In this document: one piece after another, positions 1 to 9,689 of the stretch | Layout: every line of letters begins with the position of its first letter | Position numbering within the stretch: position 1 is the first letter of the stretch | Program-made: the position numbers and the translations under genes | The notes under the pieces: generated by a model | What the model saw: only the letters and a program-made list of their open reading frames with translations | What the model was told of the DNA's origin: nothing | Database searches by the model: none | Source: an uncultured Thermoplasmatales archaeon | GTDB lineage: Archaea > Thermoplasmatota > E2 > UBA202 > DSCA01 | Direction of reading: 5' to 3' | DNA: 64,000 nucleotides | Assembly (NCBI GenBank): GCA_964414415.1 | Contig: CAYPWJ010000001.1 | Location: forward strand, 138,701 to 202,700

Positions 1-465
1 CTCGCGCAGATATGCAACGGCGACATGGAGCTATCCAAGCGCATTCTCTTTTTTCAGCCATACTCGCTAGAGGAACAGGAGCAGATGGTGGAGAAGGCCG
101 TCAAGATAGATGCAGGCCTCATCGTCGTCGACAGCGTCAATCTCTACTACCGGCTGTCTATGGAGGCCGACGAGGGCGCTGCCACACGGTCGCTCAGCCG
201 ACAGTTGGTCACCCTCCAGGTCACCGCCCGGAAGCGCAGCATCCCCGTCGTCGTTACCTCGCAGATCTACCGGATGGATGGCCGGATACGTCCCTTCGGC
301 GGGCGGAGCATCGATCACATGGTCAAGACAGCCGTATGCCTTGAGAAGATAGACGGACAGCGGGATGACGGGACTGAGACACGGCGGGCTGAGCTGGTCA
401 AGCATCGCTCCAAGCCAACCGGCGAAACGACTGTTTTCCGCATCGTCCAGGAGGGTCTTCGGTGA
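1..465 (+). CDS. radB: DNA repair/recombination protein RadB, 5'-truncated at the window edge (C-terminal ~155 aa)
   Basis: ORF 25..465 translation matches the RecA-fold RadB C-terminal region (VVDSVNLYYR..., VVTSQIY..., ends ...TVFRIVQEG). The reading frame is open back to nt 1. Overlaps the next gene by 4 nt. Confidence 0.7.
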   Translation, partial: LAQICNGDMELSKRILFFQPYSLEEQEQMVEKAVKIDAGLIVVDSVNLYYRLSMEADEGAATRSLSRQLVTLQVTARKRSIPVVVTSQIYRMDGRIRPFGGRSIDHMVKTAVCLEKIDGQRDDGTETRRAELVKHRSKPTGETTVFRIVQEGLR

Positions 466-1007
466 GCGAGAAACACTGGCCAGTGCCAGGCAGCCGCGGC
501 ACAAAAGTACCGCTGGAGGGACGAGGCTCGTTCTGGGAGGACCGCGGCGACCGGCGTCACTGCGGCGTTGATCTCTACGCGCCGCATGGCAGCGACGTCT
601 ACGCCGTCGAGGACGGCCGCGTGCTCGACACCGGCATCATGACGTCGCCGGACGTCATGCCGTACTGGAACATCACCTACTATGCGTTCATACGCCACGG
701 AACCCTCGTCGCACGGTACGGGGAGCTGCACGACGTCACCGTTGCACCTGGCGATGAGACACGTGGCGGCGACGTCATCGGTCACGTGGGGACCGTTCTC
801 AACAGCCGCGCCGTCACTGATGAGGCGCCGGCATACATCCAACAGCTGTCCGCCAGGGACGCTGTCTCCATGCTCCACTTTGAGCTGTACCGCACCGTCC
901 CGGAGGAAAACGCGGCGTATCTGGGCGGCAACTGGTTCGGCGACTATCAGCCTGGCAGCCTCGTCGATCCGACTGAATACCTCAAGCAGGCCGCCCACGA
1001 TATATAA
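462..1007 (+). CDS. M23/LytM-family metallopeptidase-like protein (HxxxD motif present, HxH degenerate)
   Basis: Contains HCGVDLYAPHGSDVYAVEDGRV, the peptidase M23 H-x3-D signature. The C-terminal motif reads MLHFE rather than HLHFE. Confidence 0.55.
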   Translation: MSEKHWPVPGSRGTKVPLEGRGSFWEDRGDRRHCGVDLYAPHGSDVYAVEDGRVLDTGIMTSPDVMPYWNITYYAFIRHGTLVARYGELHDVTVAPGDETRGGDVIGHVGTVLNSRAVTDEAPAYIQQLSARDAVSMLHFELYRTVPEENAAYLGGNWFGDYQPGSLVDPTEYLKQAAHDI

Positions 1008-1018
1008 AATAATGCACA

Positions 1019-1675
1019 TTGTTTTTAAATAGATATATCATTAACGCGGCAGTGACCCTCAGAAACAAGAGGCAGTACCTGCTGTTGGCTGCAGCCGTTG
1101 GATGCATCGCCGGGCTGTACCTCGCCAGCACCGCATCCGGCCCTGCATCCATCTCGCTGGCACGGCTGGCCGAGCATGAAGGCGAGGAGGTGCAGGTGAC
1201 CGGGCTCGTCGTCCACGTGGAGCACTACGACACGGCAGTGAGCTTCGTGCTCCGTAACGGCTCCGTGTCCACCACGGTTTTTTCGCCCGACGGCGCCCCC
1301 GTCCGGCTGGGTGACCGTGTGCAGGTGACCGGCGAGGTGCAGCGATACGAGGGCATGCTCGAAATCCTCTCCGAGCACACAACGATCCTTGAACGCGCAA
1401 ACGATACCATCCCTCTCCAGGTGCTCGCCGAGCAGCATCGCCGTTTCCTCGACACCTGCATCACCACCCGCGGCGCCGCCGTCAACGTCACCCCAGACTC
1501 GTTTCGGCTCGTAAACGGCAGCTGCAACGTCGACGTCCGGCATATCGGCAGGACGTGCAACGTGACGACAGGCGACGTGGTGACCGTAACGGCGATGCTC
1601 CGCTACGATCCGGAACGGATGTGCTTCTACCTGTCCATCGAGCGCGGCACGCACGGCGTCGAACGGCCGGGATGA
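1019..1675 (+). CDS. membrane-anchored OB-fold domain protein
   Basis: Has an N-terminal hydrophobic anchor (LLLAAAVGCIAGLYLAS) and an OB-fold-like core (VQVTGLVVHVEHYDTAVSFVLRNGS..VQVTGEVQRYEGMLEI). Confidence 0.5.
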   Translation: MFLNRYIINAAVTLRNKRQYLLLAAAVGCIAGLYLASTASGPASISLARLAEHEGEEVQVTGLVVHVEHYDTAVSFVLRNGSVSTTVFSPDGAPVRLGDRVQVTGEVQRYEGMLEILSEHTTILERANDTIPLQVLAEQHRRFLDTCITTRGAAVNVTPDSFRLVNGSCNVDVRHIGRTCNVTTGDVVTVTAMLRYDPERMCFYLSIERGTHGVERPG

Positions 1676-1676
1676 C

Positions 1677-2954
1677 ATGACCGGCCTGTTCCCCATCCTG
1701 GCCTGCGCCGCAGCTGGCACCCTGATCGGATGGACGACGGGGCTCATCCCGGGGCTGCATGTCAACACGGTGGCGCTGCTCCTGCTCTCGCTGGCCGACG
1801 TAGTCTCGTCGCTGCTCACAGGCGTTCCTGGCATCACCGCAGGCATGGCGCCGCTCCTGCTGGCCGTCATCGTCGCCGCGACGTCAATCGCACATACCTT
1901 CGTGAACATCATACCGTCCACGTTTCTCGGTGCACCGGAGGAGGACACCGCCCTGGTCATGTTGCCCGCTCATTCGCTCCTCCGTCAGGGCCGGGGCTAC
2001 CGTGCCGTGGCGCTGTCGGCGGCGGGAAGCGCTGGAGCCGTCGCCGTCGGCCTTGCATGCCTCGTCCCGTTCCGGCTGCTGCTCGGCTCGCCGACCCACC
2101 TGTATGGCCTGCTGACGGACGTCATGCCCTGGGTGCTCCTTGCCGTGGCGGTCGTCCTCGTCGGCACTGAAAAAGATGGCCGGCACGTGGCTGCTGCCCT
2201 TGTTTTGTTTCTGTTGGCTGGCGTGTTCGGCATGGCTGTCTTCGAGCTGCATCCCGCGGCGCCGCTCGACCTGCCTGGCTCGCTTTTGTTCCCGGCGCTG
2301 TCGGGCCTGTTTGCGATTCCCACGCTGCTGCATTCGATGGACGCGGCGCCGGTGCCCGAGCAACAGGTCGAGAACGGCGACGTATCGCCCGGGATACCGG
2401 ATGTGGGGACGGGGGCGACGGCGGGCGCAGCTGTCTCGGTGCTTCCAGGCGTTACTGCCGCCGTTGCCACGGTGCTGGCGCTCGTGGCACGCGGCCGGAA
2501 GCAAGCCGAGAGCATCATCGTGACGCTCTCTGCGGTCAACACCGCCAACGCTTTTTTCGTCCTCGCCGCGCTCTTTGTCATCGGGCGGGCGCGGAGCGGG
2601 GGTGCCACCGTCATCCAGGAGCTGCTGCCGGTGGAGCCGTGGACGGGGTCGCTGCCGCCTGCCGCGCTGCCGGTGCTGCTCATCGCGGTCGTGGTCGCAG
2701 GCGCGGCGTCGTATTATTTCACGCGGGCAGCTGGGCGGGCTGCGGCCCGGTATATCTCCGCTGTGCCGTACCGACAGGTGGCCCAGGCGACCATGGTCGG
2801 CATCGGCGTCATGGTGGCTCTGTTCACCGGCGTTGTCGGCCTTGCCTGTCTCCTCGCCGGCTCTCTTGTCGGTCTGCTCTGCCTGAAATGGCGGGTGCGC
2901 CGCAGCGTGCTGATGGGATTCCTGCTCCTCCCGATACTCCTGTATTACCTGTAA
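1677..2954 (+). CDS. polytopic membrane protein, TctA/DUF112-like
   Basis: 425 aa with many predicted TM helices. The N-terminal GWTTGLIPGLHVNTVALLLL resembles the TctA family. The start is 2 nt after the preceding stop. Confidence 0.5.
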   Translation: MTGLFPILACAAAGTLIGWTTGLIPGLHVNTVALLLLSLADVVSSLLTGVPGITAGMAPLLLAVIVAATSIAHTFVNIIPSTFLGAPEEDTALVMLPAHSLLRQGRGYRAVALSAAGSAGAVAVGLACLVPFRLLLGSPTHLYGLLTDVMPWVLLAVAVVLVGTEKDGRHVAAALVLFLLAGVFGMAVFELHPAAPLDLPGSLLFPALSGLFAIPTLLHSMDAAPVPEQQVENGDVSPGIPDVGTGATAGAAVSVLPGVTAAVATVLALVARGRKQAESIIVTLSAVNTANAFFVLAALFVIGRARSGGATVIQELLPVEPWTGSLPPAALPVLLIAVVVAGAASYYFTRAAGRAAARYISAVPYRQVAQATMVGIGVMVALFTGVVGLACLLAGSLVGLLCLKWRVRRSVLMGFLLLPILLYYL

Positions 2955-3017
2955 ACCATGCATCTGCAATAATCCTTTTAAAAAACCGTCTGTTTGTCTA
3001 CAATGGGAGGTGAAAAA

Positions 3018-3116
3018 ATGGAAATCGCACGGTCGGAGGAGAGCGCGGGGACCTTTCTGCTCATCTTCGCTGTTCTCCTGACTATTATCACGCTGGCCGC
3101 CGCCCTGCTGCTGTAG
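3018..3116 (+). CDS. possible 32-aa hydrophobic micropeptide (MEIARSEESAGTFLLIFAVLLTIITLAAALLL)
   Basis: Read directly from the intergenic sequence. A strong RBS-like GGGAGGTG sits 8 nt upstream of the ATG, followed by a single predicted TM helix. Not in the ORF track because it is under 60 aa. Confidence 0.25.
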   Translation: MEIARSEESAGTFLLIFAVLLTIITLAAALLL

Positions 3117-3199
3117 GCGAAGGCGACATGAAGCTAACGAGCCAGGCGGCAGATGGCTCAGCCGGCAACTATCCAGATATTCTCGGATGCATCGAGGTG

Positions 3200-3661
3200 T
3201 TACATCTCTTTGACGGCCTTCCACGTCCGCTTCCGGTAGGGCTGTACGTCGATGCCATGTTCGCGGGCGACGAGCAGCGCCGCCACCTCGGGGATGACGT
3301 GCTCCTGTTCCGCCCGCTCGCTGACCATGCGCCTCGCCTCCTCCTCGGACATCTCTCTGGCAGATAACGTCTCGCAGATCTCGGTGACCAGGTCCCGGCG
3401 TTTGGTCTGCACGATGCTGCCGTCGACTTCGAAGCCCAGCGGCACCTCGACGGCTGCAGGGTCAAACGTGGGCGTGTAGCCCGCATCGGTTTCCTCCAGC
3501 AGTCCCTGCTCGAGGCCGCGCTTGATGAACCGCTTCGCCTGTGCCGGGGTCAGCCAGCCGAGCTCGTAGGACAGCGTCATGTATATCTCGTTGTCGTCCA
3601 GGCTGTCCGTGCCGCTCCGCTGAAACAAAAACGCGATGAGTTTCCTCGCCTCCGTTGTCAT
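3200..3661 (-). CDS. conserved archaeal hypothetical protein (DUF2240-like)
   Basis: ORF 3200..3730. Internal ATG at 3661 (MTTEARKLIAFLFQ...) chosen as the start. It overlaps the upstream gene stop by 4 nt (ATGA). Confidence 0.45.
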   Translation of the reverse strand: MTTEARKLIAFLFQRSGTDSLDDNEIYMTLSYELGWLTPAQAKRFIKRGLEQGLLEETDAGYTPTFDPAAVEVPLGFEVDGSIVQTKRRDLVTEICETLSAREMSEEEARRMVSERAEQEHVIPEVAALLVAREHGIDVQPYRKRTWKAVKEM

Positions 3662-4134
3662 GCTATCCGCTCCACAAGGCCTTCGGTATCGTCCAGACGC
3701 CATGCCTCGACGGTCCACGTCTCCCGCCACGCATCGTCGACGACGAGCCCCGTCAGCCCGAATCGACGGACGCGCTGCTGCGCCTGCAGCGGCCGCTCGG
3801 AGCGCAGATAGAGGTCGCTCTCCACCATGTCGACAAGCCGACCGAGGTCGTCGTCGGATGCATCGCCGAGGGTGACTCTGGCTGCCCCGGCAACGACCAG
3901 GTCGATGACGTCCTCTACGCGCCGCGGCGCCGCGTCAAGCCACAGAAACGCCTTCCTGGATACCTTCTTGTAGACGTCGAGGTTGGCCCTGTTGCGCCGA
4001 TGGCCGTCCAGGTCGACCACGTAGAGCAGGTCATGCTCGCCGCGGAGCTCCCGCAGCGTCTCGACGGCGCTGCCATGTTCTCCTTCGAGGAGAGCCTGGC
4101 CGCGTTCGACGTACACCAGCGGTATCTGGTCCAT
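3658..4134 (-). CDS. short HisA/HisF-like (beta/alpha barrel) family protein
   Basis: MDQIPLVYVERGQ...LYVVDLDGHRRNRANLDVYKKV...AAPRRVEDVIDLVVAGAARVTLG resembles the HisA/HisF N-terminal half. Start taken at Met16 of ORF 3658..4179. Confidence 0.4.
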   Translation of the reverse strand: MDQIPLVYVERGQALLEGEHGSAVETLRELRGEHDLLYVVDLDGHRRNRANLDVYKKVSRKAFLWLDAAPRRVEDVIDLVVAGAARVTLGDASDDDLGRLVDMVESDLYLRSERPLQAQQRVRRFGLTGLVVDDAWRETWTVEAWRLDDTEGLVERIA

Positions 4135-4209
4135 CGGACGGCAAACACAGGGGACGTTAAAACGTTTTCCACCCGCCAACCTTTAAATGAGGCAGGAGAT
4201 GTAGACCTC

Positions 4210-5235
4210 GTGCAGAGGACGGCTATCTCGGTAGCGCGGCGCAAGGCGCAGGAAGCGCTGCAGCAGCTCATCCAGCGCGGATTGCTGGACGACAGCCGGC
4301 GCATCAGCCGCACTGAGCATGAGGTCCAGATCCCCGTCGTCACACCTCCAGATGATTTTCCCTGTGCGTTCAAGGTCGTCGAGCAGGAGGAAATCCAGCC
4401 GCGCAGATATCCAACGCCGATGGCCGAGATACACGCCCGCATTCAGCAGGAGCTGCCGGATGTTGACGTGGCAATGCTGCCCGACAGCTGGGAAAAAATC
4501 GGCGACATCCTCGTCATGTGCTTCCCCGACGGCTTCCCCGGGAAACAGCAAGCCGCCGCGGTATACGCCGCCGTGCTGGGCTGCCGCGCCGTCCTAGAAG
4601 ACATCGGCGGCATATCCGGGATCAAGCGCCAGCCGCGCGTCCAGCATCTCTGGGGCGACCACGACACCGAGACAGTCCACCGGGAAAACGGCATCGCCTT
4701 CAGGCTCGATCCACAGCGCGTGATGTTCTCGTCGGGCAACGTCGACGAGCGCATCCGAATGGCATCTGCGGCAACTGAAGGCGAGGTCGTCGTCGACCTC
4801 TTCGCCGGCATCGGCTACTTCACGCTGCCGCTGGCCGTGCATGGCAGCGCCAGGGTCTACGCCTGCGACATCAACCCAACGGCTGCCGGTTATCTCCGAG
4901 AGAGCGTCCGTCTCAACGGCGTCGAGAGCCGCGTCGACGTTTTGGAGGGTGACTGTCGCAGCGTGGCGCCGCGCGGCGTTGCGGAGCGCGTGGTCATGGG
5001 ACACCTGAAGGCAGCACCCTTTCTCCCCACGGCCATGGAGGCGCTACATCCGGCGGGCGGCATAGTGCACTACCACTGCACCTGCTCCGCCGACGATTTC
5101 CCCGATGAACCGCTGGAAGATGTGCGAAAAGCGGCACGAAACGCGGGGTGGAGCACGGAGCTTTTGCAGCCCAAGATGGTCAAGTCCTATGCGCCCGGCG
5201 TCGTCCACGGCGTCCTCGACGTCGCCGTCGAGTAA
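4210..5235 (+). CDS. trm5: tRNA (guanine37-N1)-methyltransferase Trm5 (Met-10+ like, class I SAM MTase)
   Basis: The C-terminal 250 aa align to archaeal Trm5 (VVVDLFAGIGYFTLPLAVHG...VYACDINP...GIVHYH...KSYAPGV). The 5' half of ORF 3655..5235 is antisense to two minus-strand genes. Start set at GTG 4210, preceded by AGGAGAT. The start is uncertain. Confidence 0.7.
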   Translation: MQRTAISVARRKAQEALQQLIQRGLLDDSRRISRTEHEVQIPVVTPPDDFPCAFKVVEQEEIQPRRYPTPMAEIHARIQQELPDVDVAMLPDSWEKIGDILVMCFPDGFPGKQQAAAVYAAVLGCRAVLEDIGGISGIKRQPRVQHLWGDHDTETVHRENGIAFRLDPQRVMFSSGNVDERIRMASAATEGEVVVDLFAGIGYFTLPLAVHGSARVYACDINPTAAGYLRESVRLNGVESRVDVLEGDCRSVAPRGVAERVVMGHLKAAPFLPTAMEALHPAGGIVHYHCTCSADDFPDEPLEDVRKAARNAGWSTELLQPKMVKSYAPGVVHGVLDVAVE

Positions 5236-5314
5236 AAACCGAAACATTTGAATAGCCACAGCGGGGGCCTGGCAGTATGTTTATAAACGCTGCTGGCATT
5301 GACCAACGAGAGAC

Positions 5315-6250
5315 ATGACCGAACTAGAAGACCTCCCGGGGGTTGGCCCCTCAACGGCGAAAAAACTCGAGGAATCAGGCTTCTCCGACCTCATGTCCAT
5401 CGCGGTTGCGTCGCCCGGCGAGCTGTCCAGCCTCGGCGACATCGGCGAGAGCACAGCTAGAAAGATCATCCAGGCAGCCCGCGACGAGGCCGACGTCGGC
5501 GGATTCGAAAGCGGCGAAAAGATCATGGAGCGCATGCGGCAGCGCCGGAAACTCACGACGGGCTCAAAGTCGTTCGACGAGCTGCTCGGCGGCGGATTCG
5601 AAAGCCAGGCCATCACCGAGCTGTTCGGCGAGTTCGGCTCCGGCAAGACACAGGTCGCGCTGCAGCTCTCCGTCACGGCGCAGCTCCCCGAGGAAGAGGG
5701 CGGCCTCGACGGCCACACGGTCTTCATCGACACGGAGAACACGTTCCGGCCGGAGCGCGTCATCCAGATGGCCGAGGCGATGGACGTCGAGCCGGAGGAG
5801 GCGTTGAAAAAGATACACGTCGCGACTGCCTACAACTCCAACCACCAGATGATGCTGGTGAAAAAAGCCGACGAGATCGCGAAGGAGCACCCCATCCGCC
5901 TGGTCATCGTGGACTCCCTGACCGGCCACTTCCGGGCGGAATACGTCGGCCGCGGAACACTCGCCGACCGGCAGCAGAAGCTCAACACGCACATGCACGA
6001 CCTGCTCAGGTTCGGCCGTCTCAACAATGCAGCCATCTGCGTCACCAACCAGGTCTCCGCAAAGCCAGACGCCTTTTTCGGCGATCCAACGCGACCCATC
6101 GGCGGCCACATCGTCGGCCACACGGCCATGTTCCGCATCTATCTCCGCAAGTCAAAGGGCGGCAAACGCATCGCCCGTCTCATCGACTCGCCGCACCTGC
6201 CGGAGGGAGAGGCGGTCTTCATGGTCAACGAGGACGGCATACGTGACTGA
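5315..6250 (+). CDS. radA: DNA repair and recombination protein RadA
   Basis: N-terminal HhH ([20 protein letters not shown]), Walker [10 protein letters not shown], and full RecA/Rad51 core. 311 aa. Confidence 0.95.
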   Translation: MTELEDLPGVGPSTAKKLEESGFSDLMSIAVASPGELSSLGDIGESTARKIIQAARDEADVGGFESGEKIMERMRQRRKLTTGSKSFDELLGGGFESQAITELFGEFGSGKTQVALQLSVTAQLPEEEGGLDGHTVFIDTENTFRPERVIQMAEAMDVEPEEALKKIHVATAYNSNHQMMLVKKADEIAKEHPIRLVIVDSLTGHFRAEYVGRGTLADRQQKLNTHMHDLLRFGRLNNAAICVTNQVSAKPDAFFGDPTRPIGGHIVGHTAMFRIYLRKSKGGKRIARLIDSPHLPEGEAVFMVNEDGIRD

Positions 6251-6251
6251 C

Positions 6252-7286
6252 ATGCCAGACAGGATAGCGCTCCCGCAGGGGGCAGGCGGCAGCGAAACCG
6301 AGGCGTTCATCAAAAACCATATTCTCCCGCGATTTGAGCAACCGAACGTGGAGGTATCCCTCGAGGCGCTCGACGATGCAGCGGTCGTCGACGGCGTCGT
6401 GTTCACCACGGACAGCCATACCGTCCAGCCGCTCTTTTTCCCCGGTGGCGACATCGGCAGCCTCGCCGTCGCTGGCACCGTCAACGACGTCGCGGTCATG
6501 GGCGCCGAGCCAATCGCGCTCTCCGCAGCCGTCATCATCGAGGAGGGCCTGCCGATGGAGACCATCGAACGCGCCCTGGACGGCATGGCGTCCTGCTCCC
6601 GCGACGCAGGCGTCCCCGTCGTCACCGGCGACACCAAGGTCATCGAGCACGGCGCACTGCAGGAAATGATTGTCACCACGGCGGGCATCGGCCGGGCAAG
6701 CGAGGCGCTACGGTGCAACCTCGAGCACCTCGACCGCGCGAACAGGTGGCTGAGGGACAGCGCCCTCCGGCCCGGCGACCGTCTCATCCTGAGCGGCCAC
6801 GTCGCCGACCACGGCATCGCGCTGCTGTCCTTCAGGGAGGGCTACGGCTTCGAGACCGAGATAACGTCCGACGTGGCGCCGGTCAACGGCCTGATACAGC
6901 AGTGCCTGCAGGCAGGCGGTGTCGTCGCTGCGAAGGACCCGACCCGGGGTGGCCTGGCCAACACGCTGCACGAAATGGCGTCCAAGTCCTGTGTCGGCAT
7001 GCACATCATGGAGGAACGTATCCCCGTCAGGGAGGGCACCATGGCGGCGTGCGAGATGCTCGGCATCGATCCGTATACGGTCGGCAACGAGGGCAAGGTC
7101 GTGCTCGCCGTCACACCCGACATGGCTGATGACGTCCTGCAGGCCATGCGGCGGCATCCACTGGGCGGCGATGCAGCCGTCATCGGGCAGGTGACTGACG
7201 GACAGCGCGTCGTGCTGGAGACAGCCGTGGGCGGTACCCGTCTGCTTGAGGCACCAGTCGGCGACCCCATCCCCCGCATCTGCTGA
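6252..7286 (+). CDS. hypE: [NiFe] hydrogenase maturation protein HypE
   Basis: AIR-synthase-related fold with C-terminal ...PRIC, the conserved Cys that is carbamoylated/cyanated. ATG is 2 nt after the radA stop. Confidence 0.85.
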   Translation: MPDRIALPQGAGGSETEAFIKNHILPRFEQPNVEVSLEALDDAAVVDGVVFTTDSHTVQPLFFPGGDIGSLAVAGTVNDVAVMGAEPIALSAAVIIEEGLPMETIERALDGMASCSRDAGVPVVTGDTKVIEHGALQEMIVTTAGIGRASEALRCNLEHLDRANRWLRDSALRPGDRLILSGHVADHGIALLSFREGYGFETEITSDVAPVNGLIQQCLQAGGVVAAKDPTRGGLANTLHEMASKSCVGMHIMEERIPVREGTMAACEMLGIDPYTVGNEGKVVLAVTPDMADDVLQAMRRHPLGGDAAVIGQVTDGQRVVLETAVGGTRLLEAPVGDPIPRIC

Positions 7287-7289
7287 ACG

Positions 7290-8180
7290 TTACACCAGAT
7301 TTGCTTCCAGGCAGCCCACCCAGAGCATCTCGAACAGGATGGCGATGACGAGCGGCACCCCGGCTGTCTCGCTGAACAGCGGCAGCGCGATGAGGATGGC
7401 CAGACCCTCGTTTTTGAAGGAGCCGAACAGCATGAGCGGTCGCAGCCGCGCACGTGGCACGCCGGCACGTTTGCCAGCGAGCTTTATCAGGATACCGCTG
7501 CCAAACGTGCGCACTGCAACGGCTGCAGCGATGACTGCCACCATCGGCCATTCATGGAACAAAAAAGAGCGCCGTGCCCCGACAATGCCGAACATCAACA
7601 CAAAGAAGCACACGTTGGTCAGCATCGTCACCTGCCGCGACGACAGCGGCAGCCGCCGCGCCCCGCGGGAGAGCAGCAGCGGCAGCAGGATGAGCAGGAG
7701 CACCGTCCGGACGATCTCCCATGTGCTGATTGCCTCGCCGGCGCACAAGAAAATGATGAGCGGCGTCAGCGCGAGCGAGCAGAGATAGAGAAACGACAGC
7801 GAGACCAGCGAGAACTCGACGTCACCACCGATGACCCGCGATATGGGGAGCACGGCGACCGCCGGGGGCACCGCGGCCATCGCGACGAACCCGTACCGGA
7901 CGGGCGGCTGGAAGAGCATCCCGAGTGCGATGGCCAAGCCGGACAGCCATACAAAGCTCATGAAAAACGGCAGCATGATACGGCGTCCCTCCCGCCGGAG
8001 CTCGATGTCGCGCAGCCGGATGGGCATCAGTGAAAATGTCATCGCCACCATGAGCGATACCGTGGATATTTCGGTGGTGTAGCCAGGATAGCCGCCGACG
8101 AGCAGGCCTGCACCGATGGCCAGCGAGACCATCAGAGCGAAGCTGGACAGCAGCTTCCGGATGGCGGCCACGAGGGGCAT
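7290..8180 (-). CDS. membrane transporter, bile acid:sodium symporter (BASS)/AEC-like fold
   Basis: 296 aa, about 9-10 predicted TM helices, with a duplicated core typical of BASS-family permeases. Confidence 0.45.
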   Translation of the reverse strand: MPLVAAIRKLLSSFALMVSLAIGAGLLVGGYPGYTTEISTVSLMVAMTFSLMPIRLRDIELRREGRRIMLPFFMSFVWLSGLAIALGMLFQPPVRYGFVAMAAVPPAVAVLPISRVIGGDVEFSLVSLSFLYLCSLALTPLIIFLCAGEAISTWEIVRTVLLLILLPLLLSRGARRLPLSSRQVTMLTNVCFFVLMFGIVGARRSFLFHEWPMVAVIAAAVAVRTFGSGILIKLAGKRAGVPRARLRPLMLFGSFKNEGLAILIALPLFSETAGVPLVIAILFEMLWVGCLEANLV

Positions 8181-8233
8181 CTACAGCGACGCCCCGTCAT
8201 CCTGTATATTGCTTCGAAGACGGCACATCGCCG

Positions 8234-9598
8234 TCATTGTTTCTCCGCGATGCCGCGTGCCGCTATCATGCCCGTCGCCGCAGATGCGACGATACCTCGA
8301 GATAGACCCGCGCCGTCACCGGCCACGAAAAAATTATCGATGTCCGTCTCAAGCCCGTCATTCACCTCGAATCGCATCGAATAAAACTTTATCTCCGGGG
8401 CATACAGCAGCGTGGAATCCTGCGCGATGCCCGGGATGACGGCCGACAGTGCATCCAGCCCCTCCACTAGGTCGGTGACCACGCGGTGGGGAAGCGCCAT
8501 CGATATGTCTCCCGGTGTCGCGTTTCTGAGTGTGGGTGCCACATAGGAGCGCCGGATGCGTTCCCAGGTGGAGCGCCGCCCTGATTTGAGGTCGCCGAGC
8601 CGCTGGACGATGGGCATGTCGCCGCCGAGAATGGATGCCATCTCGGCGATGGATGAACCATAGGCGGTGGTGTTTTCCTGTGGCTCCGTCAGCTCGACGT
8701 TGACGAGGAACGCGAAGTTGGTGTTCTCCGACGTGCTGTCTATGGATGAATGACCGTTCACGGACACGTATTCGCCGTAGTCCTCCATCACTACGAATCC
8801 CTTCGGGCAGACGCAGAACGTCCGGACGAAGTCGTCATATGTCGACGTGTAGATGTGAAACTTGGGGTCCCATGCTTTGGCGACGATGTCCTCTATGACC
8901 ATCGCTGGCACCTCGACACGGACGCCGATGTCGATTGGCGCGTGCCGCGTCGCGATGTCGTGCCGTTCGGCCTGCCTGCTCAGCCATGCAGCACCGGAGC
9001 GGCCGACGGCCGCGATGACATAGGTCGCCTCCACGGTACCGTTCTCCAGCTGGAGGCGGAACGGGCCGTCGCGCTCAATGTCCTGCACCTCGGTTTCTAG
9101 CAGAAACGAGACACCTTGCTTTTCCAGCCATACATGCAGGGACGAGATGACCTTGGGGAGGCGGTCGGAGCCGATGTGCCGCTGCGGAATCGGGATGAAC
9201 CGGATGCCGTGCTGCGATGCTGTCTTTTCCAGCTCGTCGAGGTCGTGTCCGTAGAGCTTGTCGGGGGCGCCGTGCTCCAGGAAGATGTCGTCGATGCGCT
9301 GAACCAGCTCGTCTGCGTCGTCGGTAAACTCGTACAGGTTGCCGCCGACATCTGCGCGGAGGTTGAGCTTGCCGTCGGACAGGCCGCCGGCGCCGCCCAA
9401 GCCGCACAAAATGGCGCAGGGGTCGCACTTGAAGCACTTCGTGTATTGCTCCATGGGGCACCGTCGCTCCGTAATCGCTTTTCCTTTGTCGATGATGACA
9501 ATGTCGTCGATGCCCTGCATGGCGAGTTCATGCGCAGCGAAAAGCCCTGCCGGCCCGGCTCCGATGATAGCCACGGTGTAGCGGTTGTTTCGTGCCAC
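8234..9598 (-). CDS. FAD-dependent dehydrogenase (COG2509-like) with N-terminal Cys cluster
   Basis: Rossmann motif VAIIGAGPAGLFAA at the N-terminus, plus Cys-rich CPMEQYTKCFKCDPCAILCGLGG. 454 aa. Confidence 0.7.
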   Translation of the reverse strand: MARNNRYTVAIIGAGPAGLFAAHELAMQGIDDIVIIDKGKAITERRCPMEQYTKCFKCDPCAILCGLGGAGGLSDGKLNLRADVGGNLYEFTDDADELVQRIDDIFLEHGAPDKLYGHDLDELEKTASQHGIRFIPIPQRHIGSDRLPKVISSLHVWLEKQGVSFLLETEVQDIERDGPFRLQLENGTVEATYVIAAVGRSGAAWLSRQAERHDIATRHAPIDIGVRVEVPAMVIEDIVAKAWDPKFHIYTSTYDDFVRTFCVCPKGFVVMEDYGEYVSVNGHSSIDSTSENTNFAFLVNVELTEPQENTTAYGSSIAEMASILGGDMPIVQRLGDLKSGRRSTWERIRRSYVAPTLRNATPGDISMALPHRVVTDLVEGLDALSAVIPGIAQDSTLLYAPEIKFYSMRFEVNDGLETDIDNFFVAGDGAGLSRGIVASAATGMIAARGIAEKQ

Positions 9599-9689
9599 AG
9601 ATGCAATCCCCCGATGGACTTAAATACATTTTCCTGCCGGGCCGCACATCCCACAATCAATATATACGTGCTTTCCATATCCGACTGAA

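Noticed and set aside
315-1960. 234-aa and 311-aa minus-strand ORFs
   Set aside because: Antisense to the radB, M23 and OB-fold genes.
1884-3224. 446-aa minus-strand ORF
   Set aside because: Antisense to the TctA-like membrane gene. Arg/Gln/Glu-rich with no domain. Composition artefact.
3655-4209. 5' two-thirds of the 526-aa plus-strand ORF 3655..5235
   Set aside because: It lies antisense to two well-supported minus-strand genes and has no homology signal. Only the Trm5-like C-terminal 342 codons, from GTG 4210, look genuine. Long antisense ORFs are expected in high-GC DNA.
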